Source of the DNA: a virus
Strand: one strand, 5' to 3'
DNA: 64,000 nucleotides
Virus record (IMG/VR): IMGVR_UViG_3300042402_001861
Coordinates: 96,001-160,000 of that record
Shown here: positions 1 to 9,199 of the stretch, one piece after another
How the letters are laid out: each line of letters starts with the position of its first letter
Numbering within the stretch: the stretch's first letter is position 1
Made by a program: the position numbers and the translations under genes
The notes under the pieces: generated by a model
Told to the model about the DNA's origin: nothing
Database searches by the model: none
What the model saw: only the letters and a program-made list of their open reading frames with translations

Positions 1-58
1 CTTCGGGGGTGGTTTCCATTGACGAAAGTATAGGTGACGCTTGATTACCTGTCAAGGA

Positions 59-64
59 TAAATA
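59..64 (+). promoter_or_regulatory. T4-like late promoter core TAAATA
   Basis: GGATAAATAC 5 nt upstream of ATG 70; the motif recurs before many genes in the window. Confidence 0.6.
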
Positions 65-69
65 CGGGC

Positions 70-768
70 ATGAAGAGCCTGTTGGAACATCTTTTGCAGG
101 AGGATGACTGCGCCAAGATTTTTGGAAATGTGCTTTTTGGAAATCCTCCCGGCGAAGAGCGAGACAGCACCAAGGAAAGAGACATTAGAAAGGCAGTCAT
201 GTCCTTCTTCGGTGATAACTTGACCTACAAGCAGAAGCCCGAAACGGTGGTCAGAGCATTCCGTGAATTATTGAAATGCAAGGGCAAGTTCCCCGACGAA
301 CTTCAACCCAATGTCAGCCTGCTGTATCGGGGCATCCGCCTGAAAGAAAGTGAAATTGTGAAAATCAAGGATTGGAAGTTTGCCGACGATACAAAGCAGG
401 AATTGGTCGGCACCGGGACATACAAGTCCAAGTATCCGATTCAGTCATGGTCGGCAAGCAAGATCCGTGCAGAGTTCTTCTCAATCGACTTCCCCGAATG
501 GCGAAGACAGAAGATGCTGCCTGCAATCGTCATGGCGGTTCCTGACAAGTCCGAAATGCTCTTCAACACCAAGTTCGTCATGGAACTGAAGAAGAGCGCA
601 AGAGGAACGCAGAAGTACTACATGGAGCAGGAGATCGTCCGTGTCAGCGAGAAGAAGATCAACTGCAAGTTCTTCCTACCCACCCAATATGTCAGGATGG
701 TCGATGGCCTGTCACGAAAGACAATCGATCACCTCGTCAGCACGGCAGGTTTCCGCCCGACAGCCTAA
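70..768 (+). CDS. putative ADP-ribosyltransferase-fold protein (Alt/Mod-like)
   Basis: R-S-E-like motifs LYRGI, IQSWS, EQEIVRV; paralogous to 15656..16618; start at MKSLLEHLLQE. Confidence 0.55.
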   Translation: MKSLLEHLLQEDDCAKIFGNVLFGNPPGEERDSTKERDIRKAVMSFFGDNLTYKQKPETVVRAFRELLKCKGKFPDELQPNVSLLYRGIRLKESEIVKIKDWKFADDTKQELVGTGTYKSKYPIQSWSASKIRAEFFSIDFPEWRRQKMLPAIVMAVPDKSEMLFNTKFVMELKKSARGTQKYYMEQEIVRVSEKKINCKFFLPTQYVRMVDGLSRKTIDHLVSTAGFRPTA

Positions 769-1004
769 AGAATGTTCTTGGCCTTGAGCCGCTGCACGAT
801 CTGATCGAACTCTGTATTCTTGCCGTCGATCAGCAACTGAGCCGCATCGGCAAGGGCAAGAAGTTCCCTCAAGGATTCCACGGTCTGGTTCACGAAGGGG
901 TATGTCACCTCCATGAATATCTTGTTCCTCTCCGATTTCTTCTGCATCGCTGCGGCACTCTCAAGGCGATCAGCAAGTTCTCGGGCGGTGTGGTGGTGTC
1001 TCAT
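765..1004 (-). CDS. hypothetical protein
   Basis: ORF with GGAGG RBS before MRHH; TAAATA at 1044-1049 on the minus strand. Confidence 0.6.
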   Translation of the reverse strand: MRHHHTARELADRLESAAAMQKKSERNKIFMEVTYPFVNQTVESLRELLALADAAQLLIDGKNTEFDQIVQRLKAKNIL

Positions 1005-1055
1005 GGAACCTCCTTGGGTAAGACATGGCAAAGAGAACAAATGTATTTAACACGA

Positions 1056-1127
1056 AGCCATCTGCGGGAATCGAACCCGCGATCTGCTCATTACAAGTGA
1101 GCCGCATTACCACTCTGCTAAGATGGC
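1056..1127 (-). tRNA. tRNA-Thr(UGU)
   Basis: GCCATCT/AGATGGC acceptor stem, GCTCA-CTTGTAA-TGAGC anticodon arm, GTTCGATTC T-loop; CCA not encoded. Confidence 0.93.
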
Positions 1128-1132
1128 GTGAA

Positions 1133-1214
1133 TGGGAGCGGAAGGATTCGAACCTTCGTAGCCAATGGCAGCAGATTTACAGTCTGCCCTCGTTGTCCGC
1201 TTGAGTACACTCCC
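1133..1214 (-). tRNA. tRNA-Tyr(GUA)
   Basis: GGGAGTG/CGCTCCC acceptor, GCAGA-CTGTAAA-TCTGC anticodon arm, long variable arm, GGTTCGAATCC. Confidence 0.93.
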
Positions 1215-1219
1215 TGAAT

Positions 1220-1462
1220 TCAGAATGTCCGCAGGGCGATGATGAGACTCATCGTCATGAAGAATGCCGTCAGGATCGTCGTTGTGACGAGGGGATGATC
1301 GAATGCAAAGTACTGCGCTTGCGTCAATGTCTTCACCGTGTCAAACTTCTTTTTCATCTTTGTAACTCCTTTGGTGTCATGGTTCGCCAAGTGGTCAAGG
1401 GCATGGGAGTGCCTTCGATTCACTTCTTCTATTGATCTCAGCAACTTTTCCTTCGGTCGCAT
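1220..1462 (-). CDS. hypothetical protein with C-terminal TM helix
   Basis: ORF in leftward operon; hydrophobic C-terminus. Confidence 0.65.
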   Translation of the reverse strand: MRPKEKLLRSIEEVNRRHSHALDHLANHDTKGVTKMKKKFDTVKTLTQAQYFAFDHPLVTTTILTAFFMTMSLIIALRTF

Positions 1463-1471
1463 ATGTCGTTC

Positions 1472-1915
1472 CTATTCGCCGTCCGTCTTGCGAAATTGAC
1501 TGTTGTTTGCGTTTGCCTCTTCCAACTCAGCGAGTTTTTCCGATGCCCACTTGCGAACGGCTATCTCCCGATCAGTCGGGGGAACCTTGGTAGTCCCGTA
1601 CACAACCATCTTTTCGTGGACTTTGCGAATCTCATCGGCTACCAACTCGGCAAGGATCGGCTCACGGATTCGATATTGGTCTTCCATGAATTCGTCCGTG
1701 ATACGCATCCATGTATCGGTGGATCGATTCACCATGTCATACTTCACGAAGTACATGAACGGTGCGGTTTCGATCTTGATGAGTCGCCGCTCCAACTCAC
1801 CGATGGTGTGATATGCCTCGGAAAGAGTCTCAATGACTTCAGGAGCAAACAGATCGCTGCGCTTGGTCAACTCGCGAATCTTGTACGCGACCTCTTCGAC
1901 TTCTTTTCTGTTCAT
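1472..1915 (-). CDS. hypothetical protein
   Basis: ATGA-coupled to upstream MTase. Confidence 0.7.
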   Translation of the reverse strand: MNRKEVEEVAYKIRELTKRSDLFAPEVIETLSEAYHTIGELERRLIKIETAPFMYFVKYDMVNRSTDTWMRITDEFMEDQYRIREPILAELVADEIRKVHEKMVVYGTTKVPPTDREIAVRKWASEKLAELEEANANNSQFRKTDGE

Positions 1916-2667
1916 GGCGTATCCTTGTTTTCTTCAGCAAACAAAAGATCAAGTCCGTTCTTTGTAGTGCGCTGTCGTGCAATTCTACACGCTTCGGGAT
2001 TCTTGTCAACCAATACAAATTTTCGATTCATCTGCATCGCCGCCTCTCCCGTTGTTCCTGATCCACAGAAGAAGTCAAGGACAAGATCGCCCTCGTCGGT
2101 GTAGGATTTCAACAATCGCTTGAGCAATTCCAAGGGTTTCTGCGTTGGATAACCGTTTCGTTCCTTGGCGGTCGTTGACAGAATTCCTATCTGCCACCAA
2201 TCATTCATGATGCGTCCATCGGGATGGAATCCATCTCGGTCGCCGTAGTCACGGGGATAGGGTTCACGCTGAACATTGAACTTGCACTTATCCGCATCCT
2301 TGGAGAACACGAACAGGTTGTCATGCTTGCGTGAGAAGTGTCGCTTGGACGCACCTCCCGAAGAGTAGCACCAAATGATCTCGTTTCTGAAGTTGTCCTC
2401 CCCAAACACTTCCTCCAATGCAACACGGACATGATGCGCCCCGTGCCAATCGACATGGACGCAGATGTTGCCGTGATCCTTCAGCACCCGCTTGGATTCG
2501 ATGAACAGGGGCTTGAGCATCGATATGTACTCGCCCACATTCTCCCAATTGTCGTTGAACTGCCCGAAGTCCCGTTGGCAGTAGTAGGGTGGATCGATAT
2601 AGATGAAGTCATACTTCCCATCGGGTTCACCGATGAGAAAGTCGATTGCATCGGATTGGACAATCAT
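1912..2667 (-). CDS. DNA amino-methyltransferase (N6A/N4C, beta class)
   Basis: IYIDPPY catalytic motif before DFFCGSGTT SAM motif; YPTQKPLELL; TGATG-coupled start. Confidence 0.92.
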   Translation of the reverse strand: MIVQSDAIDFLIGEPDGKYDFIYIDPPYYCQRDFGQFNDNWENVGEYISMLKPLFIESKRVLKDHGNICVHVDWHGAHHVRVALEEVFGEDNFRNEIIWCYSSGGASKRHFSRKHDNLFVFSKDADKCKFNVQREPYPRDYGDRDGFHPDGRIMNDWWQIGILSTTAKERNGYPTQKPLELLKRLLKSYTDEGDLVLDFFCGSGTTGEAAMQMNRKFVLVDKNPEACRIARQRTTKNGLDLLFAEENKDTP

Positions 2668-2834
2668 CAGTCCATCCACTTCCCATGCTTGAACAGGTGC
2701 CACAGTCTATGGGACAGGATCGACCAACCAAGGCCAATCCAAGTCTTTGACTGATACACGCCTGCGGGACAGAGCATCGTGTATCTGCAAAGTTCCATGT
2801 CACTCATGTCTTTGATGCTTTTCTTCTTGCTCAC
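2667..2834 (-). CDS. hypothetical protein
   Basis: GTGA/TGATG coupling on both sides. Confidence 0.5.
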   Translation of the reverse strand: MSKKKSIKDMSDMELCRYTMLCPAGVYQSKTWIGLGWSILSHRLWHLFKHGKWMD

Positions 2835-3187
2835 TTGCCGTCCTCCTGTTTGAAGCAGTCCCAGCCACGCCGATTCGCAACTTGATTTGCCGTGCATGGC
2901 GGTGATGGTGAAGGACGATATGCTTCATCCCTGCATACCTCCCGCCGTGCCTCATCACGCTCATTGCGAAGTTTTTCAATCTCAATGCGGCAGTCGGTCA
3001 CGGTAGACCGCAGCAACTCAATCTCGCCCAATGCCTCGTTCCGTTCCTTCATCAGACGCAGAGCATCATCTTCCCATCGCTCTGCCTGTTCGGTCAGGTA
3101 TGCGATCTTCTTGTGGAGTTGTTCGGTTTGTGCCATCAACTCTTGATTTCTCATGAGAATGTCCTCGTACTCCATGCCCGTGTTCAT
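2831..3187 (-). CDS. coiled-coil hypothetical protein
   Basis: heptad-rich; C-terminal ERDEARR..GWDCF motif. Confidence 0.7.
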   Translation of the reverse strand: MNTGMEYEDILMRNQELMAQTEQLHKKIAYLTEQAERWEDDALRLMKERNEALGEIELLRSTVTDCRIEIEKLRNERDEARREVCRDEAYRPSPSPPCTANQVANRRGWDCFKQEDGK

Positions 3188-3432
3188 GGTGCTTCCTCTC
3201 TTGACAAATCATCCCCGCCCGTACTCATTCTTTCGTTTATTTGTTTCATTGCTGCATTTACAAGAGTATCTTCAGTATAGCCCGAAGATCGAAGACAAAC
3301 CATAAACCGTCTAATTGCATTTGAGAAAGTTGGATCGTTTTCCTCCGCAATTGTCAATGCTGTCAGCATATCCAACGCATACATTGGACTCATGCTGAAC
3401 TGAATTCGTGGAATTTCCTCGTTGTCGTTCAC
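3184..3432 (-). CDS. hypothetical protein
   Basis: GGAGG RBS, GTG start overlapping previous stop. Confidence 0.6.
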   Translation of the reverse strand: MNDNEEIPRIQFSMSPMYALDMLTALTIAEENDPTFSNAIRRFMVCLRSSGYTEDTLVNAAMKQINERMSTGGDDLSREEAP

Positions 3433-3953
3433 TTGGTTTCCTCCTTTGTGCCAAAGCAATCCCAACCAAGTTCCGCTGCATAGTCTTCCTTGGTCATCTT
3501 ACTTGCCGGTGGTTGATGCTGTGCATACATCTCGCAAAGTGTTCTCCTCGCCTCGTCCCTCTCTCTTTGCAACTCATCGGCATTTGGAACTGGAACGATG
3601 CTTGAGCCGTATCCATCGGGCAGGAATACCATCCTGTTTTTGTACATCTCTGCATCGGTGTAGATTGAATTGTGGATGTCAAGGTATCCACAGTCCATGC
3701 CGATTGAGTATGCATCGGGACCAAACCCGAACACGGTGTAAAGCACATAGCGATACGAACCGCGATCCTCCATGTCTCCCTTGTGAATTCGCTTGCAGAC
3801 GCTGTAGAAAGCCTTCAGGCGATCATCGTAGGAGAGGCCGTTCCAGAATGCATCGGCGGATGCGGAGAATGCCTGCTTGGACTCTTCAAGCCGGTCGGCC
3901 AAGGTCTTGCCCTCGCTGTCGGGACGGTTGATGATGTCGATGATGTCTTTCAT
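3429..3953 (-). CDS. hypothetical protein
   Basis: ATGA coupling; C-terminal ERDEARR..GWDCF motif. Confidence 0.7.
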   Translation of the reverse strand: MKDIIDIINRPDSEGKTLADRLEESKQAFSASADAFWNGLSYDDRLKAFYSVCKRIHKGDMEDRGSYRYVLYTVFGFGPDAYSIGMDCGYLDIHNSIYTDAEMYKNRMVFLPDGYGSSIVPVPNADELQRERDEARRTLCEMYAQHQPPASKMTKEDYAAELGWDCFGTKEETK

Positions 3954-4234
3954 GGTTCCCATCGTGTATTGTCCTGCATGTCGAAGATTCGGTCACGCAG
4001 GGATTCGATCTCTGCCTGCATGGAAAGAAAAGACTCCTTGAGGAAGTTGAAGTTCTTGCGCTCTGATGCCGAATATGCCTCCCTGTCGGCAAGAAGGCGG
4101 TCGATCACTTCGACGGGATTGACCTTCTTCTTCGGTTCCGGCTTGGGCTTGGGAGCATCCCATTCGATGTGGATGCCACGCTTGAGGCCGTTTGCGGTGC
4201 GAGAATTCCGTGGACGGTTGGGTGCGGTTGCCAT
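3950..4234 (-). CDS. hypothetical protein
   Basis: first gene after sigma70 promoter. Confidence 0.65.
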   Translation of the reverse strand: MATAPNRPRNSRTANGLKRGIHIEWDAPKPKPEPKKKVNPVEVIDRLLADREAYSASERKNFNFLKESFLSMQAEIESLRDRIFDMQDNTRWEP

Positions 4235-4240
4235 GGTGAA

Positions 4241-4269
4241 ATCATATCACCCATGGCCGAATCAGTCAA
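4241..4269 (-). promoter_or_regulatory. sigma70-type promoter
   Basis: TTGACT-17-TATGAT, 6 nt before ATG 4234. Confidence 0.65.
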
Positions 4270-4276
4270 GCAAAAC

Positions 4277-4426
4277 TTACCCGCACTCCAATTCGTAAAT
4301 TGCACGAATCTCCTGCTGCCGAATTGTCCTCTGATTTTCAAATTCCTGCCACTTCAGGAGTTTGGCGACGATCTGTTCGTCGGTTGCCAAAGTCAAAGAT
4401 TGAATCTCGGGCTGTTGCTCTTGCAT
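4277..4426 (-). CDS. small hypothetical protein (49 aa, below ORF-track cutoff)
   Basis: MQEQQPEIQSLTL...YELECG* fills the gap between genes. Confidence 0.5.
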   Translation of the reverse strand: MQEQQPEIQSLTLATDEQIVAKLLKWQEFENQRTIRQQEIRAIYELECG

Positions 4427-4429
4427 ATG

Positions 4430-4822
4430 TCAGGTATTGTACTGCAAAAGCCAGACAAGGCAAGCGATGTCGATGGTAGAAAGTTGGCTTCCCGTCCAGT
4501 TGGCTTCCATCTTTGAAACCGAAGACCCCTTGTATATCGCTCTTCGCGAGATGTTGTAGAGCGCCGTGCTTGTGCCTGCTCCCTTGTAGACGAGATTGCC
4601 CTTGATGGTGTAGAGGCAGTTGCTTGTGCCCGAGCCCGAGAAGACCTGGTTTCCGCGAAGGTTCATCAATGCCTTGGATGTGGACGATCCAAGGAAGACG
4701 ATGTTGCCACGAATCTTCAGCAATGCGTTTCCCGTGGATGACTGGTCATAGAAGATGTCACCGTACTTCTTGACGAAGGCGGTGCTTGTGCCGAGTCCCT
4801 TGTATACCTGTGTCAGTCCCAT
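4430..4822 (-). CDS. tandem beta-repeat protein (about 18-aa repeats)
   Basis: repeats GNIVFLGSSTSKALMNLR / GNQVFSGSGTSNCLYTIK / GNLVYKGAGTSTALYNIS. Confidence 0.75.
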   Translation of the reverse strand: MGLTQVYKGLGTSTAFVKKYGDIFYDQSSTGNALLKIRGNIVFLGSSTSKALMNLRGNQVFSGSGTSNCLYTIKGNLVYKGAGTSTALYNISRRAIYKGSSVSKMEANWTGSQLSTIDIACLVWLLQYNT

Positions 4823-4829
4823 TTCGTCC

Positions 4830-6215
4830 TCATTCCTCGTTGACGGGCTTTCGCGGATCAAATGGCTTCTTGCCCATCATCAGGCCGCTGTATATGTTGT
4901 TGTAGACATTCTGCATCTTGGTGCCATCGGTTCGCTTCATGTTGGCGATTGCCTTGTTGAATTCCTGAACGGTAGGAACCTTGCCCTGCGCCATTCGGGA
5001 ATTGTACTCGCTGATGATGTTTCTGACATCCTGCAAGAGCGAAACGGTTCGCGACAGGAACTTCTCCCTGCGCTTGGGTTCCTCAAGGAAGAACTTTGCC
5101 GTGCTGTATGCCTGCCACGAAACGAATATGAGGCAGAAGTTGCCCACCGCACCCATGTTGTACTTGTCGAGCCCGAACTTGGTCGCATGTTCCCTTGCCC
5201 AAGGCTCCGCGATTGCATCGGACATCTTCCGATACAGTTCCGCGACCACCACCTCGGCAACCTCCTTGCACCTTGCGGTGGGAGTCATGGTGTTGAAGTT
5301 TGAATTTGCGGCCAATGCCTTTGCGGCAGAGCGTTCATTGGTGGCAGCGATCAGGAACGACTGCACGGCATTCTCAACGATCTCAGCCGCACTCTGAAAG
5401 TATGCATTCCACTCCGCATCGCTTGTGTAGTAGTCCTTCTTGAAGACATCCTTGCTGTCATATGACGCATCGATTCCACGCTTGATGTTGCCGGGATGGC
5501 TTGACTTGGACTTGTACCGAAAGTCATCGAACAGGTGGATGAATTCGTGGATGTAGATGTCAGCCGTGTTGGACAATTCGGCCTCGAATTGGTCAAGCCA
5601 CTTGTTCAGGGGCCGTGCAAGTGCCTGAGCCGACTTTCCCTCAATCTTGCCACGAAGAGTCTGTATGATGGCATGGTGGAAGGGCTTGTCGGGCTTGAAC
5701 TGCAATGTCTCCATGTGGTGAATCTGAACCTCGGGATTGTTTCGTCCCATCTTTCCCGAATGGTAGGTTCCCTTGGCATTGCCGCTGCTGAACATGGACC
5801 GACCCGTGGTGCTTCGAAGCGTTGTCTGCAACAGGACGATGTTTCCCTTGTCAACCAACTGACGATACTGCTTCATCGTGATGTAGGAAGGCAGCACCAT
5901 CTGCGACTCGTCCCTGATGCACATGGCGATCACCACATCCCATCCGTTCTTTGTGGCAAGGACAAAGTGCGAGGAAGGCTGGTTCAGCGTGAAGGCATGG
6001 ATCAGGTTGTTGGCAATGGTATGGTCGCTGTCCATGGTGTAGTGGAAGACTCTGTTCTCTGCCATGTCCTTGACGAAGGCGGCGACCTGCCTGCGGAGTA
6101 TGACCATCAGGTTCTTCTTGAATCTTTCAAATGACTTCCTTGCCGCATCCCGTGTCGGGCGGTCAAGTTCACGCTCAAGCAGCAGGGCTTCCATCATCTC
6201 TTCGAAAGTCTTCAT
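4830..6215 (-). CDS. putative zinc metalloprotease (gluzincin), candidate internal head protein
   Basis: IHEFIH plus downstream YYTSDAEWNAY; N-terminus MKTFEEMMEALLLE. Confidence 0.6.
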   Translation of the reverse strand: MKTFEEMMEALLLERELDRPTRDAARKSFERFKKNLMVILRRQVAAFVKDMAENRVFHYTMDSDHTIANNLIHAFTLNQPSSHFVLATKNGWDVVIAMCIRDESQMVLPSYITMKQYRQLVDKGNIVLLQTTLRSTTGRSMFSSGNAKGTYHSGKMGRNNPEVQIHHMETLQFKPDKPFHHAIIQTLRGKIEGKSAQALARPLNKWLDQFEAELSNTADIYIHEFIHLFDDFRYKSKSSHPGNIKRGIDASYDSKDVFKKDYYTSDAEWNAYFQSAAEIVENAVQSFLIAATNERSAAKALAANSNFNTMTPTARCKEVAEVVVAELYRKMSDAIAEPWAREHATKFGLDKYNMGAVGNFCLIFVSWQAYSTAKFFLEEPKRREKFLSRTVSLLQDVRNIISEYNSRMAQGKVPTVQEFNKAIANMKRTDGTKMQNVYNNIYSGLMMGKKPFDPRKPVNEE

Positions 6216-6454
6216 CGCTTGCCCTTTTGCCCTATTCCGTACTTTCTGAAAATCTCGTCCCGCTTGGCCTGAAGTTCTCTCTGCCGTGGAGAACCCGCCA
6301 TGGCACGAAAGATCAACTTGGTCAGTCGATTGGCTTCCCGACGATCCTCGGGGGACATGACAGCCCAAGGATCCTTGAAACCCTTGAATGAATGGGAAGA
6401 GGAAGCCGACGAAGCCGACGAAGCCTCAAGGATGTGCTGCCGAAAACTCTGCAT
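6212..6454 (-). CDS. small candidate internal head protein
   Basis: MQSFRQHILE N-terminus; late promoter 6463-6468. Confidence 0.6.
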   Translation of the reverse strand: MQSFRQHILEASSASSASSSHSFKGFKDPWAVMSPEDRREANRLTKLIFRAMAGSPRQRELQAKRDEIFRKYGIGQKGKR

Positions 6455-6465
6455 GGCGAGGGTAT

Positions 6466-7179
6466 TTAGAAACCCATGGTCCGCAGCCCGTAGGCAGCGA
6501 CCATCTCGCCTGCAACCAAGTCGGAAGGAAAGTGGACTCCAAGGATCATTCGGCTGTCTGCGATCTTCCGTGCCATTGATTCAAATTCTGCCTTATGCTC
6601 AGGATGGAACTTGGAGAGCATCCCTGCCACGAAATGAGAATCGGCAGCATGGCCAGACGGATACGATGCGGTGTCGATGTTGCCGATGAGGCTCGAAAGC
6701 GTTCGGTTCATGTACGGGGCTATCTCGTAGGGACGAGGACGGCAGTACTTGATCTTGAGATGGTTGGTCAGCCCGTCAAGCCTTGAGGCATGGTCACGAA
6801 GCCAGCCGTAGCCATAGCCCTTGCCGGTGAGTCGGAAAGCCTCACGATCAAACCATTCATAGACTTCAAGAATGTCATCCATCTTTCTTGAAAATTCAAT
6901 CTCTTCGTGAGTGGCATCTGCCTGACGCTGAATCACGATGTCAAGTTCGATGCGAGTCTCGTTGGAGGAGTTTCGTGGAGGATCGGGAATGTGGCAGGGT
7001 TCATTGGAATTCAAATGATGCCACAGGGCCGTCGATGAATCCTTGGCCTGCCGCTTGACCTTGCTGACATACTTTGCAATGTCCCCGTCATGGCGAAGGG
7101 AGTCAAGGAAAGAGATGTGCGAAAGGTGAGGCAGGCTCATGGAATTATGTATCGGAAGGCGGTAACTGACTTGCCCCAT
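6466..7179 (-). CDS. PAP2/vanadium-haloperoxidase-family acid phosphatase
   Basis: KIKYCRPRP, SYPSGHA, SRMILGVHFPSD are the three PAP2 motifs; start uncertain. Confidence 0.85.
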   Translation of the reverse strand: MGQVSYRLPIHNSMSLPHLSHISFLDSLRHDGDIAKYVSKVKRQAKDSSTALWHHLNSNEPCHIPDPPRNSSNETRIELDIVIQRQADATHEEIEFSRKMDDILEVYEWFDREAFRLTGKGYGYGWLRDHASRLDGLTNHLKIKYCRPRPYEIAPYMNRTLSSLIGNIDTASYPSGHAADSHFVAGMLSKFHPEHKAEFESMARKIADSRMILGVHFPSDLVAGEMVAAYGLRTMGF

Positions 7180-7189
7180 TACCACTCTT

Positions 7190-7545
7190 TTTCAAATACT
7201 CAGGGAAAGAATTGTTGGAAGCGGTCATATGGGGGGAGAGTATAGGTCAAGGAGGGAAAGAAGTCAAAAACCACTCTGAGACATTGCAAATGAGGTTTGG
7301 GGGGAAAACGATTTGAAGAAAGTACTCTGCGCCCCCCGTGGGGGAGGGTGGGGGAATATGGGGATGAGTGGAGATGAATGGGGAAGAGGTGGGGAAAGAA
7401 AAGGTAAGTGTCCGTCTTAGGGGCCGAAATCCCGAGTCACTTCGGACGAAAATTTCACGAAATCCGTTGGGATTTTCCCAGAATTTATTTTCCGTTGTAA
7501 CTCGTTGTTGCGGCGTAACTTACGCTCACACACTCCCCCGAATTC
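7190..7545. other. G/purine-rich non-coding spacer, left flank of early island
   Basis: no credible ORF; strong G/A skew on + strand. Confidence 0.55.
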
Positions 7546-7552
7546 TTGTCAC

Positions 7553-7807
7553 TCAGATTTCGCCCTGCACTACAGCGCCGATGAAGGCACGAAACTTTTT
7601 CTCGTCGGCTCCGTTGGCAGTCACGAATCGCTGAAACACTTTGCCACTCTCCAAGTCAACCCATCCACAGTTGAAAGTGTACGCAGGATTCCCATAGAAA
7701 TCCTTGGTGTTGTAATGCTTGAGTATCTGTAGGAAGACATGCGGAGGAATCTCCACGAATTCCTGAGTCCACAAATCCTGAGCGATGAAGACGGTGCTTT
7801 CGTTCAT
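7553..7807 (-). CDS. hypothetical protein
   Basis: ORF preceded by TAAATA at 7814-7819 (minus). Confidence 0.6.
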   Translation of the reverse strand: MNESTVFIAQDLWTQEFVEIPPHVFLQILKHYNTKDFYGNPAYTFNCGWVDLESGKVFQRFVTANGADEKKFRAFIGAVVQGEI

Positions 7808-7874
7808 TGGATGTATTTATGACAACCCCCCTATGGTGAGGGGGGTGGCTGTGAGAGGGGGGGGGTGGTATGCC

Positions 7875-8486
7875 CTAGGGGGTAGGGTTGTTGTAGTTGA
7901 TGGGGTGGTACTGGGAGCGGTGGCTCCTGCGTGGCGGTGGGGGTGGGGTGGCCGCAGGCGGGGAGGAGTTGTCGAAGGCGTAGTAGGGGCCACCGAAGTA
8001 CTTGTTGGCCGACTGGATCGCGATATCGATGATGTGCGGCCACGCCATCCCCCCGTCATGCAACTTCAACAGTTCATCCTCAAACTCCTCGGCGGTGTCC
8101 ACGGTGCCCATGGTGTTGGAACCCTTGCAGCGGTAAGTCCACTCGGCATCGATCAGGCTCTCCCACAGGGAACGGGCGATGGGGGTCGGCAGGCTGTTGC
8201 ACACACCGTGCTTGTGGGGCAGTCCTGCTGCCTTGATCTCGGGGAAGGCATCCCACATAGGCGGGTCTTTGCCGTCACAGGTACGGTAGATGACCGTCAT
8301 CTCGCTGGTGTCTTTCGGAAGCAGGACACGGAGTTTCGTGAAGATGAGGAAGATGTTGGAATTGGTGGGATGCCACATTCGCCAGAAAGCCATGGGGCGA
8401 ATCTTGTTGTGCAACAGATGGTTGCTCCACTCTGCCCTAGGCATGGAGGGGTAGGTCAGGAATCTGGCAGTCGCACTCTTGTTCAC
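7875..8486 (-). CDS. hypothetical protein with Pro-rich tail
   Basis: GTGA-coupled to upstream ORF. Confidence 0.55.
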   Translation of the reverse strand: MNKSATARFLTYPSMPRAEWSNHLLHNKIRPMAFWRMWHPTNSNIFLIFTKLRVLLPKDTSEMTVIYRTCDGKDPPMWDAFPEIKAAGLPHKHGVCNSLPTPIARSLWESLIDAEWTYRCKGSNTMGTVDTAEEFEDELLKLHDGGMAWPHIIDIAIQSANKYFGGPYYAFDNSSPPAATPPPPPRRSHRSQYHPINYNNPTP

Positions 8487-8710
8487 TTCTGTCTCTTGGC
8501 CAGCAGGCGGTAGTACAGGCTCGGCAGGGCCATGATGGTGAAGCCGGTGGCGATCAGGGCATTGGATGACCAAAACCCGTAGCCACGGTCACGCAGGAAT
8601 TGGTAAATTCCAAAGAGCAGGCTCTGCCCGATGAAGACCACCGATGCGTACAGGGGAAGCACGACCAACATCGTGGTCAGGGTAATCAGAATGGGCTTCT
8701 TGGAATTCAC
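8483..8710 (-). CDS. small membrane protein
   Basis: two hydrophobic segments. Confidence 0.55.
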   Translation of the reverse strand: MNSKKPILITLTTMLVVLPLYASVVFIGQSLLFGIYQFLRDRGYGFWSSNALIATGFTIMALPSLYYRLLAKRQK

Positions 8711-8819
8711 TTGTTCATCTCCTCAAAGAGAAAGCCACAGACGACAATCCACAGCAGGATGATGACTGAAATCAAAAACAGTCCCAATCCCATGTTGAAG
8801 ACCACCGAAAGAAATGTCA

Positions 8820-9197
8820 TCACGGCTTCAACTCCTTCGTGAGAGTGCCAGCGAACGGCGGCAGGTTCTTCACCCACATCAGAATCTCAACCAACTCGTC
8901 AGGACTCACATGGCCCTTGACTTGCTGATCGTCGGAAAAGAGGATGAAGTCCTCGTTGGGATCGAAGATTGCAACTTCAACATTGGCAGCAGGCTCAAGT
9001 TCAAGATGCTCACTCGGTGCAGGGTACTTGTCCCTCTCATAAGTATTGCTTCGATGGGGTTCGCTGTACATGCCAACCCCATACACGACCGAAACCTTGT
9101 AGCCGTTACGGAAACGCATCACCATCGATCCCTTGGGATACTCTCCGGGACCGTGGCGTTGAACCATGAACAACTGCGGGAATTCTTGAATATCCAT
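8820..9197 (-). CDS. hypothetical protein
   Basis: adjacent to VWA gene, same codon style. Confidence 0.7.
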   Translation of the reverse strand: MDIQEFPQLFMVQRHGPGEYPKGSMVMRFRNGYKVSVVYGVGMYSEPHRSNTYERDKYPAPSEHLELEPAANVEVAIFDPNEDFILFSDDQQVKGHVSPDELVEILMWVKNLPPFAGTLTKELKP

Positions 9198-9199
9198 GT

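Noticed and set aside
7785-8513. 242-aa plus-strand ORF in a G-rich tract
   Set aside because: Antisense to the Pro-rich 7875..8486 gene; low complexity.
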